Shown here piece after piece: positions 20,652 to 30,492 of a DNA stretch of 64,000 bases. A model generated the notes under the pieces. That model saw nothing but the letters and a program-made list of their open reading frames with translations, was not told the DNA's origin and did no database searches. Position numbers and translations under genes: made by a program. Origin of the DNA: Dehalococcoidia bacterium (GTDB lineage Bacteria > Chloroflexota > Dehalococcoidia > Lucifugimonadales > JADFKI01). The number at the start of each line of letters is the position of its first letter. The first letter of the stretch is position 1. The stretch lies in NCBI GenBank assembly GCA_963422525.1, contig OY730226.1:515844-579843 (forward strand). The letters run 5' to 3'.

Positions 20652-21080
20652 TTGCCCTTCCTACCGTCTAAAAGATGGTTGGGTACTTATATCGCACTGT
20701 TCTCGGTTATTGTGGTAGTGTACTGCATTGTACTACTCACTAATCCGCCGGAGGATTATGTTGGTCAGCGAGGAGCGGGCGGGCTTCGCAATTTTCTCAA
20801 TGACATTGGAGCGGTGGTTTCGGTCGTAGCGTTCTTGTCATATTGGGGAACGGAGGCAATAAGAGTTATGGTGTTTTTCTCGGAGAAGGTCAGAGAAAGC
20901 AGGGACAGGCAAAGGGCAAAATTCAAGGCAGAGGGCATATCTGAAGGCATGGCAGAGGGCATGGCAGAGGGCATGGCGCATAAGGATGCTAAGTGGCGCA
21001 CTTGGTTTGACGAGTGGAGCGAGGCTCAGCGCGAGGGGCGACCGTTCAATAAGCCCGCGCCTGACGAAGAAGAGGACTAG
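20652..21080 (+). CDS. Membrane protein with AEG-repeat and W..W...PF C-terminus
   Basis: Two hydrophobic segments, EGISEGMAEGMAEGMA repeats; start uncertain. Confidence 0.6.
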   Translation: MPFLPSKRWLGTYIALFSVIVVVYCIVLLTNPPEDYVGQRGAGGLRNFLNDIGAVVSVVAFLSYWGTEAIRVMVFFSEKVRESRDRQRAKFKAEGISEGMAEGMAEGMAHKDAKWRTWFDEWSEAQREGRPFNKPAPDEEED

Positions 21081-21143
21081 AGTTAAGGTTACGAATTCGT
21101 CACAACGGAAGAGGCGCCTGGATGTAGGACGCGCAGAATTAGA

Positions 21144-22448
21144 ATGAAGCGACAAGTCCTGAACATCCTGTCCACTCTAGCCAATTCGCCCGCCCTGCGC
21201 TACCGCGACTTGCGCGTGCTGATGGCAGCGTCCTTCTTCGACGCCATCGGCTTCATGGGCGAGCAGGTCGTTATCGGCTGGCTTGTGTTGGATCTGACAG
21301 GCAGCCCGTTTATGGTAGGCGTCGCTCTTAGTCTGCGTATGGCGCCGCTTTTCTTCCTCGGCATCATCGCAGGCGCCATCGCCGACATGGTTGACCGCCG
21401 CACGCTGATACGCGCGCTGAATGTGGGTATGGCCGTACTGATGGTCGGCATCGGCGCTCTGATATACTTCGATATGCTGGAAGTCTGGCATCTGCTGGCT
21501 TTCGCGGTCGCCGGCGGATGCGTCAGCGCCATGCATCAGGCGGCGCGCCAGAGCTTCGCCTTTGATGTCGTCGGGCGCGACAATCTCGTCAGCGGCCTTG
21601 CCTATGTCGGGCTTGGCATGCGGCTTGGCGGTCTTGCCGGCTCGCTCGCGGCGGGCTACCTAATAGACGGCCCCGGCGCGCACATGGCGTACTGGATGCT
21701 CGCAAGCGGCTACATCGTATCTACGCTGCTGCTCAGTTTCATACGCTCGCCCGGACAGGCTGCGTCCCGCTCGCGCCAGCCTATATTGCAAAACCTGCGA
21801 GAATTCGGCGTCGAACTTCGCCGCAACAATCCGCTGCTTATGCTCATGATAATCGTCGCCGCAACCGAGACGCTCGGCTTTTCCAGTGGGGCAGCGTTCC
21901 CAAGCCTTTCGCGTGATGTGCTGAATGTAGGCGCCGAAGGGTTAGGCTGGCTGAGCGCCTTCCGTAGCGGCGGGGCGGTTGCCGGGATATTGCTGCTCTC
22001 GCTCTTTGGCGAGGTAGGGCGCAAGGGGGCTTTGCTGCTGCTCAACATGGTCATGTTTGGCGCTGCGCTGCTGCTGCTGGGACAGTCGTCCGCAGTCGCC
22101 GACTTCGTCCTAGGCGGAAGCGGCACAGCCGAACCTGCAGGTCTGATATTCGGGCAGGCGTCTGCGTTCGTGATAGCGCTGGCGGCGACGGCGGTCGTAG
22201 GCGGCGCTATGGCGCTATCCGATGTCTTCTCGCAGAGCATGATGCAGGACATCGTGCCGAACGAGCAGCGCGGCAGAGCGATGGGGGCATGGGTAGTGGG
22301 CATCGGGACCGCGCCCATCGGCAACCTGCAGGTCGGCGGGCTTGCGACGGCAATCGGCGTGGGCATTGCGCTGAGCGCCAACGGCATTGCGCTGGCAGTC
22401 ATAGCAGTCGCCGTCTTCGCCTTCTATAGCAGGATGCGCCGAATGTAG
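21144..22448 (+). CDS. MFS transporter
   Basis: GAIADMVDRR motif A, about 12 hydrophobic segments. Confidence 0.88.
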   Translation: MKRQVLNILSTLANSPALRYRDLRVLMAASFFDAIGFMGEQVVIGWLVLDLTGSPFMVGVALSLRMAPLFFLGIIAGAIADMVDRRTLIRALNVGMAVLMVGIGALIYFDMLEVWHLLAFAVAGGCVSAMHQAARQSFAFDVVGRDNLVSGLAYVGLGMRLGGLAGSLAAGYLIDGPGAHMAYWMLASGYIVSTLLLSFIRSPGQAASRSRQPILQNLREFGVELRRNNPLLMLMIIVAATETLGFSSGAAFPSLSRDVLNVGAEGLGWLSAFRSGGAVAGILLLSLFGEVGRKGALLLLNMVMFGAALLLLGQSSAVADFVLGGSGTAEPAGLIFGQASAFVIALAATAVVGGAMALSDVFSQSMMQDIVPNEQRGRAMGAWVVGIGTAPIGNLQVGGLATAIGVGIALSANGIALAVIAVAVFAFYSRMRRM

Positions 22449-22475
22449 CGCATCCTGTCTATTCCGTTCATCCCG

Positions 22476-23939
22476 TTAACTCTGATCAGGCCGAATGAAT
22501 GAGAATACGACGCCGACGAAGACCAGCCCCGCGATGATGATGTAGGCGAGGCGCAGCCCAGACACGAACGCCGCCAGCAGCCCGTAGTCGCCCGCCTGTG
22601 AGATGGCGGATAGGTTGGGCATATAGCCCGTGGACACCATCACCGCCGCCACGATTGCCGTCGCGACCGCCGTGCCCGTAATGTTCGCCGAATTGCGCAC
22701 TAGGTTGATGAAGCCCGACATCACGCCGTAGCGACTTTCCGGCACCTGCTGCATAATGGATGAGTTGTTAGGGGGGTAGAATGCGCCAGTGCCGCCCGTC
22801 TGCAAGAGCATGCCGACGGCGACAATCCACACCGACGATTCGGTGGTCAGCGTGGACAGCAGCAGCAGCCCGCATACGGACAGCATCAGCCCGCCGACGG
22901 TGAACCAGCGATAGCCGAAGCGATCCGACAGCCGCCCGCTGATGGGGCCGGTTACTATCATCGCTATGGAGCTTGGCACGAAGATAAGCCCAATCTGCTG
23001 CGGCGTGTAGTTCAGCGCCGCCTGCATGTAGAATGGCAGCAGGAAGCGCATCGAAGAGTTCCCGATGAACGATATGAACTGCGCCGCCACGCCCAGCGAC
23101 ACGATGCGCATCTTGAACAGCCGCACATCTATCATCGGCGCGCGCGCGCGAAGCTCCCACCAAATGAAGGCTGTCACCAGAGCCGTCAGCGCCGCAATGC
23201 CGCCAACCACGGGCGGGTACAGCCAGCCGAGACGCGGGGCAGTGGTCATCACGAGCAGAAAGGTTACGAGCGCCGATGTGGAGAGCGCAGCGCCGAGCCA
23301 GTCGAAGGACGCGCCAGCGCCGCTGCGACGCGAGTATTTGTTTCCGTCTAACACTAACGATACCGCCGCGATTGCGAACAGCCCGAGTATGACGCCGAAA
23401 TAGAATACCCACTGCCAGCCTAGAGAGCCGGCGATGAAGCCGCCGAGCGCAGGCCCCGCCACATTGCCGGAGCCGACTACCGTTATGAACGATCCTATCG
23501 CCTTGCCGCGCTCCTTGTCCGGGAAGGACGACAGCACCATCGCCATGCCTGTCCCCTGCGTCATGCTCGCCCCTACGCCTTGCAGCGCCTTGAACATGAT
23601 TAGCGTCAGGATGCTGTCCGATGTGCCCGCGAACAAGCCGCCTACGATGAAGATGACGAAGCCTGTGATATAGACGCGCTTTCGCCCGATGATGTCCGAC
23701 AATCTGCCCATTGGCAGCAGCAGAGCGCTGATGGCGAGCGCGTAGCCTATCAGCACCCACTGCGCCGTAGGCAGGTCGGTGCCGAAGCGCTCGGCGATGG
23801 TGGGCATCGTTACATTCAGGCTGCCGAAATCGGCGACGGAGGTGAATGTGCCGATGGCGAGCGCGAGGAACACCCACCACTTGTATTGACGGCTCCGAGA
23901 TATATCTAATCTAAGTAAAGTCATAAAGCGCAGAGGCAA
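22476..23939 (-). CDS. MFS drug:H+ antiporter (DHA2-like)
   Basis: GRLSDIIGRKR, GPALGG, GRLSDRFG motifs. Confidence 0.88.
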   Translation of the reverse strand: MPLRFMTLLRLDISRSRQYKWWVFLALAIGTFTSVADFGSLNVTMPTIAERFGTDLPTAQWVLIGYALAISALLLPMGRLSDIIGRKRVYITGFVIFIVGGLFAGTSDSILTLIMFKALQGVGASMTQGTGMAMVLSSFPDKERGKAIGSFITVVGSGNVAGPALGGFIAGSLGWQWVFYFGVILGLFAIAAVSLVLDGNKYSRRSGAGASFDWLGAALSTSALVTFLLVMTTAPRLGWLYPPVVGGIAALTALVTAFIWWELRARAPMIDVRLFKMRIVSLGVAAQFISFIGNSSMRFLLPFYMQAALNYTPQQIGLIFVPSSIAMIVTGPISGRLSDRFGYRWFTVGGLMLSVCGLLLLSTLTTESSVWIVAVGMLLQTGGTGAFYPPNNSSIMQQVPESRYGVMSGFINLVRNSANITGTAVATAIVAAVMVSTGYMPNLSAISQAGDYGLLAAFVSGLRLAYIIIAGLVFVGVVFSFIRPDQS

Positions 23940-24268
23940 TTGTACGCCCCCGCGCGACGTTCACACAACGAAAAGCCGCCGAAGGCGAACTCATGCGCAA
24001 GGGCGCTGTAGCTCACCGGCATAGGCAGGATGCAGCATTCGATAGGTCTGTCGGCCTGGCGCGTTTTTGGACAGGGATGCGCGCAACGGATATAATCGCC
24101 GCCGGAAGCTGAAAGGAGAAACGCCGTGAAAGCCCGGCTATCCCTGATGCTTTCTCATTACTCGGAGCGTTCTACCTACCCCAAGAGCCTTGGCATCAAT
24201 GCAGCCTGTATGTGAGCCGTGATGTGAGGAGCGATTGGGACGATGTAGAGGGGCGCAGACGCCGCTAA

Positions 24269-25103
24269 AAGGTTGTTTATGAAGGCGCCAAGCGGCGCAA
24301 CATAAGCTGAATCATAGATATCTGTATCCAAGCCTCACTGCTGCTCACCAAGCGCTCATAGTCTTTGCTCAACCGACGACATCGCCCCAACCACGCCAAT
24401 GTCCGCTCTACGACCCATCTGCGAGGCAATACCGCAAACTCCCGTTTGCCACGCGGACGTCTCACTATCTCCAATTTCCAGCCTGTACGCTTCCATACCC
24501 ACTCAACCAATTGCCCTGCATATCCACCATCTGCCCAGATGATATTTAATTCACGGAATCGGCCAGTCAGTTTGTTCAGCAGCAACTTAGCGCCATCCCT
24601 GTCTTGGATGTCCGCAGGATGCACCACCACTCCTAACAGCATTCCCATAGTATCCACTAGTATGTGTCGCTTTCGTCCGAGTATCTTCTTACCGGCGTCA
24701 TAGCCACGAGGCCCCCTTTTTCTGTCGTCTTCACCGACTGGCTGTCTATAATGGCTGCTGTGGGCATTGCGCTCCTACCCTCACTTTCACGCACATTCGG
24801 GCGTATCGCATCGTGCACTCGTTCCCAAGTCCCGTCCTCTGAGAAGCTTCGGAAGTATTTGTACACTGTTTGCCACGGCGGCAGATCGTGCGGTAGCATC
24901 CGCCAGGCGCATCCGGTGCGAAGCACATACATAATGGCGTTGATTATCTCTCTCAGATCAACGGTGCGTGGCCTGCCTCCCGGCTTTGCCGCAGGTAGCA
25001 GCGGCGACAGCAGTTCCCATTGTTCGTCCGTCATATCGCTTGGATATGTCTTGCGTTTCATCCGTATATATTAGTATATGTACTATACTTTGAAAACACC
25101 CTC
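24269..25103 (-). mobile_element. IS5-family insertion sequence (IS1031-like), about 835 bp
   Basis: Imperfect terminal IRs AAGGTTGTTTATGAAG / GAGGGTGTTTTCAAAG, flanked by TAA on both sides (24266-24268, 25104-25106). Confidence 0.85.
24277..25061 (-). CDS. IS5 transposase, two ORFs joined by a probable -1 frameshift
   Basis: YPSDMTDEQW, TGCAWRMLPHDLPPWQTVY, IIDSQSVKT; slippery AAAAAGGGGG at 24712-24721 gives GPRGYDAGKK..GRKRHILVDT, WADGGY, RRWVVERT. Confidence 0.88.
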
Positions 25104-25120
25104 TAAAGGACGAAACGACG

Positions 25121-25267
25121 ATGCATCCTCTGTTAGCGCTTCTAATTGTGGCATTAGTGGCGTATGCGGTGTTTGCCGCATACCGCACACATCAGACCAT
25201 CAAACAAAGGCGGGGGGACGATGATGCGTGGGGGCGGCGGCCCGGTCGCCGTCGGCGGTTTCGCTGA
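25121..25267 (+). CDS. Small membrane protein (48 aa, not in the ORF track)
   Basis: MHPLLALLIVALVAYAVFAAYR...RRRRFR; AAAGGA RBS. Confidence 0.5.
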   Translation: MHPLLALLIVALVAYAVFAAYRTHQTIKQRRGDDDAWGRRPGRRRRFR

Positions 25268-25314
25268 CGAAGCGGGGACTTGCTGCGCTGCAAGCAGCTT
25301 CGCCTCTATGCACG

Positions 25315-25737
25315 CTAACTTGCCGACTTGAGGGCAGCAGGGCTGAAGATGTGTCCGCATAGTTGGCATCGGTAGCAGGTGTTGAAGTGCGGGCGCAGTT
25401 TCTCGAGCGCGATGAACGCCGTATCGTCGCAGCGCGGGCAGCGCGCATCGGCGTCTGCGTCGTTCCTATCGATGCTATCGTTATCAGCATTTTGCGGCGC
25501 GCCTGCGCCATCGAAAATAGCGTTCACATCGGCAGCTTTTGGCGTGCTGCCTCCGCCGTCTATCACCTGTTTCCCATGCCGTCTCAGCGCCGTGATTGGC
25601 AGCGCGGGCCTGTGTCCGCACTGGAGACAGCGAATGTTATTCGCGTCCGCCGTCAGAATATCTCCGCCGCACCGCCCGCATCCTCTTAGTATTGCCATGA
25701 GTCGCCCCCTGATTTTCGTCTTTGGTATCGCAATCAA
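25315..25737 (-). CDS. Double zinc-ribbon protein
   Basis: CGRCGG...CLQCGH and CPRC...CQLCGHIF; start may be 25698. Confidence 0.7.
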   Translation of the reverse strand: MIAIPKTKIRGRLMAILRGCGRCGGDILTADANNIRCLQCGHRPALPITALRRHGKQVIDGGGSTPKAADVNAIFDGAGAPQNADNDSIDRNDADADARCPRCDDTAFIALEKLRPHFNTCYRCQLCGHIFSPAALKSAS

Positions 25738-25761
25738 CCTTGGTCTATCTTTACAGAAGTG

Positions 25762-25790
25762 ATATTACCTAACAAGAACATATGGGTCAA
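25762..25790 (-). promoter_or_regulatory. Sigma70-type promoter of the zinc-ribbon gene with GTTC half-site in the spacer
   Basis: TTGACC-17 nt-TAATAT; spacer contains ATATGTTCT. Confidence 0.5.
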
Positions 25791-25848
25791 TGATTAAATC
25801 AAGATTGTTGTGATTACGGGCAAACCTCGAAGTTCTTGAAAATAGAGG

Positions 25849-25904
25849 TTGACAAAACGAACAATCGTGCTTATAGTAGATATGCGTTCAAGAACAAATG
25901 GTCG
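25849..25904 (+). promoter_or_regulatory. Near-consensus sigma70 promoter with two LexA-like boxes
   Basis: TTGACA-17 nt-TATAGT; GAAC-AATC-GTGC in the spacer and GAAC-AAAT-GGTC downstream, each one mismatch from GAAC-N4-GTTC. Confidence 0.65.
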
Positions 25905-25970
25905 TGCATATGAATATAAAAAGTAAACTGAACGCAGAAAGGAAGGCGCGAAGTACAGGACTGGTGATGG

Positions 25971-26129
25971 ATGACGGAACGGCGCTTCACGCTCTTCGAC
26001 TTGCGGATTGCAGAGATCGACTCATCGCCGAAGGGCAAATTTGTGTATCGGCGCAGTCGGCAAATGATAGAGTGGAAGGATAAAAGTAATGAAAGTCTTT
26101 CTTCTGAAGAAGAACGGAGGTTGAAGTGA
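25971..26129 (+). CDS. Small hypothetical protein (52 aa)
   Basis: MTERRFTLFDLRIAEID...EEERRLK*, GTGA-coupled to the next ORF. Confidence 0.4.
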   Translation: MTERRFTLFDLRIAEIDSSPKGKFVYRRSRQMIEWKDKSNESLSSEEERRLK

Positions 26130-26215
26130 GCTTTGTATTGCTTTGTGGCTTCGTAGCGCTATGCATAGTCGCATCGGAGCTGATGCGGAAGATATTTATC
26201 GAAAGGAACAAGTAA
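26126..26215 (+). CDS. 29-aa hydrophobic peptide
   Basis: (M)SFVLLCGFVALCIVASELMRKIFIERNK; GGAGG RBS; stop abuts next ATG. Confidence 0.5.
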   Translation: MSFVLLCGFVALCIVASELMRKIFIERNK

Positions 26216-26668
26216 ATGATTAGGTGGCTGAAGAAGGGGGCCGAATGGTTCCTAAAAACGAAGATTGGCAAGCAGATAGACAATCTCAGTGGTTATTCGC
26301 TGAGTAAAGCGAAGACCAAGTATGAGACTATCCTCGAAGAAGCGATAGAGTACGCAGTTGACCACGCGATTGACTATGCCTTTGATGAGCTCGAAGAAGC
26401 GAATCCGGGCGTCAACTACTCCAACGCTAAATCGGCGATGGCAAGGGAGATGAGGCCGATTATTCGCAACGTCGTTGAAGGCTGGGTCGTGGTGGAGCTT
26501 GCGAATTTCATGAACAGCAACAAGGTTAGGAAGTGTACGACTAGTTCAGAGTTCCGAACCGTCTGCTACGAGCATTGGGATGGGATTCGGAGCGCCATGA
26601 CTCGGAAGGCGCAGGACGCGCTTTCCCAGGCTTGGGAGACGGTATCAGGCGAATACGAAATTTACTGA
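26216..26668 (+). CDS. Hypothetical protein
   Basis: 150-aa ORF, AAAGGA RBS, followed by a terminator. Confidence 0.65.
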   Translation: MIRWLKKGAEWFLKTKIGKQIDNLSGYSLSKAKTKYETILEEAIEYAVDHAIDYAFDELEEANPGVNYSNAKSAMAREMRPIIRNVVEGWVVVELANFMNSNKVRKCTTSSEFRTVCYEHWDGIRSAMTRKAQDALSQAWETVSGEYEIY

Positions 26669-26693
26669 TTAGTTCGAAATTGAAGAATGCCCC

Positions 26694-26727
26694 AAAACCC
26701 CTCCGCAATCATCGTAGAGGGGTTTTT
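26694..26727 (+). terminator. Intrinsic terminator
   Basis: AAAACCCCTC...GAGGGGTTTTT. Confidence 0.7.
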
Positions 26728-26760
26728 CTGTGTACGGTCTATAACGTTGTGTCAATAAGT

Positions 26761-26876
26761 AAGTCAAGATTGTCGTGATTGCGGGCAAACCTTCGAAGTT
26801 CTTGAAAATAGAGGTTGACAGAACAAACGGTTGTGCATATGAATATGAAAAGCAAACAGAACGCAGAAAGGAAGGA
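26761..26876 (+). repeat. Diverged copy of the 25796-25946 promoter region lacking the -10 element
   Basis: Shares CAAGATTG..GAAGTTCTTGAAAATAGAGGTTGACA and GTGCATATGAATAT..GAACGCAGAAAGGAAGG; the segment between the two GAAC boxes is deleted. Confidence 0.8.
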
Positions 26877-27006
26877 GGAATACTCGGACATTGTATTTTG
26901 CTATATCTTGATGATTTGACTACCGGGAAAAGCAGTGGCGCTCAAATTATAATCAAAGAGGATGAGGCAAGCATGCAATGTCCGCATTTTGGGAGGCGAT
27001 ATTCTC

Positions 27007-27078
27007 ATGTTGTATGTTATTTTGTTGTTGTTGGTCTGGCTATTAGGAATGTGGGTAGCATTCAAATTTTTCAAATGA
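27007..27078 (+). CDS. 23-aa hydrophobic peptide
   Basis: MLYVILLLLVWLLGMWVAFKFFK; GGGAGG RBS; ATGA overlap with the next ORF. Confidence 0.5.
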   Translation: MLYVILLLLVWLLGMWVAFKFFK

Positions 27079-27311
27079 GCGTAAATTTGGCTATTTCTGG
27101 GATTATCAGAATATCTGATGTTTGGGGCGAATTGCCTAACCTATTCAGATGCGCTATGGAAGACGCTCAAAGTGAGGCTTATAAGGAATGCAAGAGGAAA
27201 TTTGGACCGAAGCGCGCGAAAGAAATACGGAATGCCATTGAAAATGTGCCTTATGAGAGACCTATCACAGCTGGTCTGGTGAATATCCCTAATAGCGCTT
27301 ATTTCCTTTAA
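27075..27311 (+). CDS. Hypothetical protein (78 aa)
   Basis: C-terminal part of track ORF 26775-27311, coupled to the upstream peptide. Confidence 0.5.
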   Translation: MSVNLAISGIIRISDVWGELPNLFRCAMEDAQSEAYKECKRKFGPKRAKEIRNAIENVPYERPITAGLVNIPNSAYFL

Positions 27312-27434
27312 TTGTCGATGCTTGAAATAGCCCATAGGCTACTGTTAGTTAGCTTGTGGGCTAATCTTTTGCATCAATGGATATGCCCACGCATGTTGAG
27401 GGGCGCGTTCAGTGGGCTTTCGGCGTTCCCCGCG

Positions 27435-27908
27435 TCAATCTCCGCCTCTTCGCACAGCTGCCGTCACGGTCAGCGCCATTATCGCTGTCATCAGAAACGC
27501 TGATGTGAGGCAATAGACGCAGTATGAGCCGATGATGAGCGTCTGCGTCGCCGTGAGATATGCGGAAAAGGCGAAGCCGACGCATGCGACGCCGGCGAGC
27601 GCCCACCTCAGCAGCGCCGATGGTTGCCCAAGTCCAAGCGCGGCGAGGCTGCCCATCAGCAACGCGGCGTAGCCGCCAACGCCCAACAGCGCGACGGGCA
27701 TCCCCAGAAAGCGCGCATATTCACTGCTGGTCACCGCGCCGCAGCCACCGCTGACGCCGCAGGCGACGCTAGCGCCGCTCAGATATGCGACGCTGAGATA
27801 GGTTGCGAGCGCCAGCCCCGCAAGGCTCATCGCCGCCGAAATCGACCAGCAGAGGATACGCGCGGGGGGCATTATTGCGCTAACGCCGTTATCTTGCCGC
27901 TCCCACAT
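27435..27908 (-). CDS. Vitamin K epoxide reductase (VKOR) family protein
   Basis: C-x6-C loop (ACGVSGGCGAV), S..ARFLGMPVA, YCVYC; start uncertain. Confidence 0.88.
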   Translation of the reverse strand: MWERQDNGVSAIMPPARILCWSISAAMSLAGLALATYLSVAYLSGASVACGVSGGCGAVTSSEYARFLGMPVALLGVGGYAALLMGSLAALGLGQPSALLRWALAGVACVGFAFSAYLTATQTLIIGSYCVYCLTSAFLMTAIMALTVTAAVRRGGD

Positions 27909-27974
27909 CCTGGCTTCAGCGTGGTAACGGACATTATCCCCACTGCCTTGCCCCCGCTATCCTTCTCATTGCTG

Positions 27975-28643
27975 TTAGCCCCCTGCCGCTGCCAGCGCCG
28001 CTTCGATGGCGTCCTTGAATATATCGTAATCCGCGCCGCGCACAATCTCGCCGTTGATGAGCACCGACGGCGTAGAAGTAAGGCCGATGCTGTCCGCATA
28101 CTCGCTGTCGCCGCGCACCCTGTCGAGGTAGCGGCGTTCGGTCATGCATTCGGAGAATTGCCCTGAGTCCAGCCCCAGGTCGCCCGCGAAGTTGAGCAGG
28201 TTGTTGTAGCTGTAGCCGCCCACATTAGTGCCTTGCCAGTTTTCGAACAGCGCGTCGTGGTAGTCCCAGAAGCGCCCTTGCTCATCGGCGCATTCGGCAG
28301 CTTCACCGGCCCAGACGGACTCTTCGCCGAGAAACGCGAAGTGGCGATATACGAAGCGCACCTTGCCGGTATCGACGTAATCATTCTTCATAGCTCGCCC
28401 TATCACGAGGGCGAAGTTGCGGCAGTGCACTCACTGGAAGTCGGAGAACTCCACGACCGTCACGGGTGCGTCCGCGTCGCCGATTATGTGCGCATAGGCG
28501 GGGAACTCGTCTGCGCCGATGATGTCGCCTGCGCTTGAGCCGTCGGTCAGGTTCAGCGCCACTACAGCTATGACCACGCCCGCAATCGCCACTGCCACTG
28601 CGCCCGCGCCTAGCATAATCCAAAGCTGCTTTCGGTTTGCCAA
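27975..28643 (-). CDS. Membrane-anchored DsbA-family selenoprotein (UxxC; 222 aa)
   Basis: Two track ORFs joined in frame at UGA 28431-28433: VVEFSDFQ-U-VHC; GDADAPVT, GRFWDYHDALF, STPSVLING motifs. Confidence 0.85.
28395..28414 (-). promoter_or_regulatory. SECIS-like hairpin for the DsbA UGA
   Basis: UCGCCCU-CGUGAU-AGGGCGA starting 16 nt 3' of UGA. Confidence 0.6.
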
Positions 28644-28699
28644 GTTCTTTTTGCTCCTGAAGTTTATATTGTGCCGCTCATTCTAATCAGCCTAATCCA

Positions 28700-29512
28700 T
28701 TATCGCACACTGAGACGGGCAACGCCGAGCCCTTCGATTTCTGCGCTGGCAGTGTCGCCGGCGCTCAGCATTGCGGGCGCGGCGAAGCTGCCCGTGAGTA
28801 TGAGCGCGCCCTTTTCGAGAGATACGCCTTCGGCGGCGAGCGTGTTGGCGAGCCAGACGAGTGGCTCCAGCGGATGCCCCATCACATCGGCTCCGACGCC
28901 TGCGCCCACTACCGCGTCGTTGATGCGCATGACGCCGCGCGATGCCGCAAGGTCTATGCCGCGCCAGTCGGATACCGGCGCGCCGAGCAGCGCGCCGCCG
29001 TTGCTGATGTTGGTTACGATACTGCAAATCTCCGGAATCTGGCCGTCAAGAGAGGGAGCGTTCCGCCTGTCCACAAGCTCGAACGACGGCGCAAGCCACT
29101 CGATAGCGTGGGCGATGGCGTCGAGTGTATAGGATGCGCCGGATGCGGGCAGTTCCGCCCCAAGTTTGACGGCGACTTCGCACTCGATGCCGATGTCAGC
29201 ATAGTCGCGGCTGTCCACGACCGCAGGTGAGTTGTGAACCATAGCCGCCGGGATGTGTCCGTAGCAGGGCTGACGGACGCCGGTGCGTTCACGCATTACG
29301 GCGTTGGTGTAGGCGACCTTGTAGCCTGCCGCAGGCCCGCGCGTCTCAGCGAGCTTGCTCACGAGCGCCGCCTGAACGGCGTATGCTTCGGCAATCGTCC
29401 GCGGCGCGAACGGCTGCAGCATCAAGTCAAGTGGCTTGCGCGCGCGGTACTGCGCCGCCTGGTAATCCGCCGCCTGTTCGATTCTTCCCTCGTCTGTCAT
29501 GTGGTCGTTCAC
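28700..29512 (-). CDS. 2-keto-4-pentenoate hydratase / FAH-family protein
   Basis: GYKVAYT, IECEVA, GHPLEPLVWLAN, ILTGS motifs. Confidence 0.85.
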   Translation of the reverse strand: MNDHMTDEGRIEQAADYQAAQYRARKPLDLMLQPFAPRTIAEAYAVQAALVSKLAETRGPAAGYKVAYTNAVMRERTGVRQPCYGHIPAAMVHNSPAVVDSRDYADIGIECEVAVKLGAELPASGASYTLDAIAHAIEWLAPSFELVDRRNAPSLDGQIPEICSIVTNISNGGALLGAPVSDWRGIDLAASRGVMRINDAVVGAGVGADVMGHPLEPLVWLANTLAAEGVSLEKGALILTGSFAAPAMLSAGDTASAEIEGLGVARLSVR

Positions 29513-29553
29513 CTCATAAAAACTCGCATGAGTGGATAGGGTATAGGACTATT

Positions 29554-30492
29554 CTACTTGCCTTCGGCAACTTCGGCAAAGCGCCCTGCGCGTCCCGCGC
29601 CGAATAGGTAGGTGGTTACCCAGCTTCGCCAAGGCGACCAGCGTTCGGAGTATGCGAGCGCTTCATCGGGCGGCATCGGCGCGCCGTCTCCCACGAGAGC
29701 GCCCATCATGCGCTGAAGGGCGAGATCGCCGTGCGGGAAGCCGTCGGAGCGCCCGAACGCGCGTATGAGCATCCAGTGCGCTGTCCATGCGCCCACGCCG
29801 CGCAGAGCCATTAGGCTGCTGATAATCTCGTCGTCCGGCAACTCATGCATAGATTCCAGCGACAGTTTGCCCGACGCTATCCGCTCCGATATGCCGGTGA
29901 TGTACTCCGCCTTGCGTCCACTGAACTTGATGGCGCGCAAGCCGCCCACGCCGGCGTCTGCGATAGTCTCCGGCTGTGGGAATGCGTAGAAAGTCTCGCC
30001 GCCTATGCTGATGCGATCGCCGTATGTCTCGATGAGCAGATTGCGCAGCATCCGCGCCACATGCGTGCTTATCTGCTGTCCTAGAATTGCCAGCGCCAGC
30101 GCCTCATACGCCGTCGGCGCGCGCGTCAGTCGCAAGCCGTACATGTAGTTGACAAGCGGAGCAAGGCGCTTATCGGCGCGCGCCATCGCGTAGAACGCGC
30201 CGATGTCGTCGTCGGTGGCGAGCATACGGCGCACAAGCCGCTGCGCCTCGTCGGCGTCTGTCGAAGTCAAGCCGCCGCCGCTGAGCTCGACCGCTAGGCG
30301 CGGCGCATCAACGCTGCCCACCGAGCGCACGGATACGAGCGCAAGCCTGCCGTCCAAAGCCACCACGCGCTTCAGCGCGCCGTCCTCGAACACATCGGCG
30401 GCATGCCGACTCTGAAAGTAGGTCATGCTGCCGACCGTTAAGTCGAAGTCATACGGCGAGGTTGGCGTTATTTCGAAGTGAAATTGTCTCAC
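29554..30492 (-). CDS. alkA: DNA-3-methyladenine glycosylase II
   Basis: AILGQQIS, LRGVGAWTA (HhH), FPHGDLAL, WSPWRS motifs. Confidence 0.88.
   Translation of the reverse strand: MRQFHFEITPTSPYDFDLTVGSMTYFQSRHAADVFEDGALKRVVALDGRLALVSVRSVGSVDAPRLAVELSGGGLTSTDADEAQRLVRRMLATDDDIGAFYAMARADKRLAPLVNYMYGLRLTRAPTAYEALALAILGQQISTHVARMLRNLLIETYGDRISIGGETFYAFPQPETIADAGVGGLRAIKFSGRKAEYITGISERIASGKLSLESMHELPDDEIISSLMALRGVGAWTAHWMLIRAFGRSDGFPHGDLALQRMMGALVGDGAPMPPDEALAYSERWSPWRSWVTTYLFGAGRAGRFAEVAEGK

Noticed and set aside
24126-24249. Short ORF with a strong RBS and two in-frame UGA codons, a possible selenopeptide
   Set aside because: No SECIS-like hairpin or redox motif; more likely a frameshifted remnant next to the IS5 insertion
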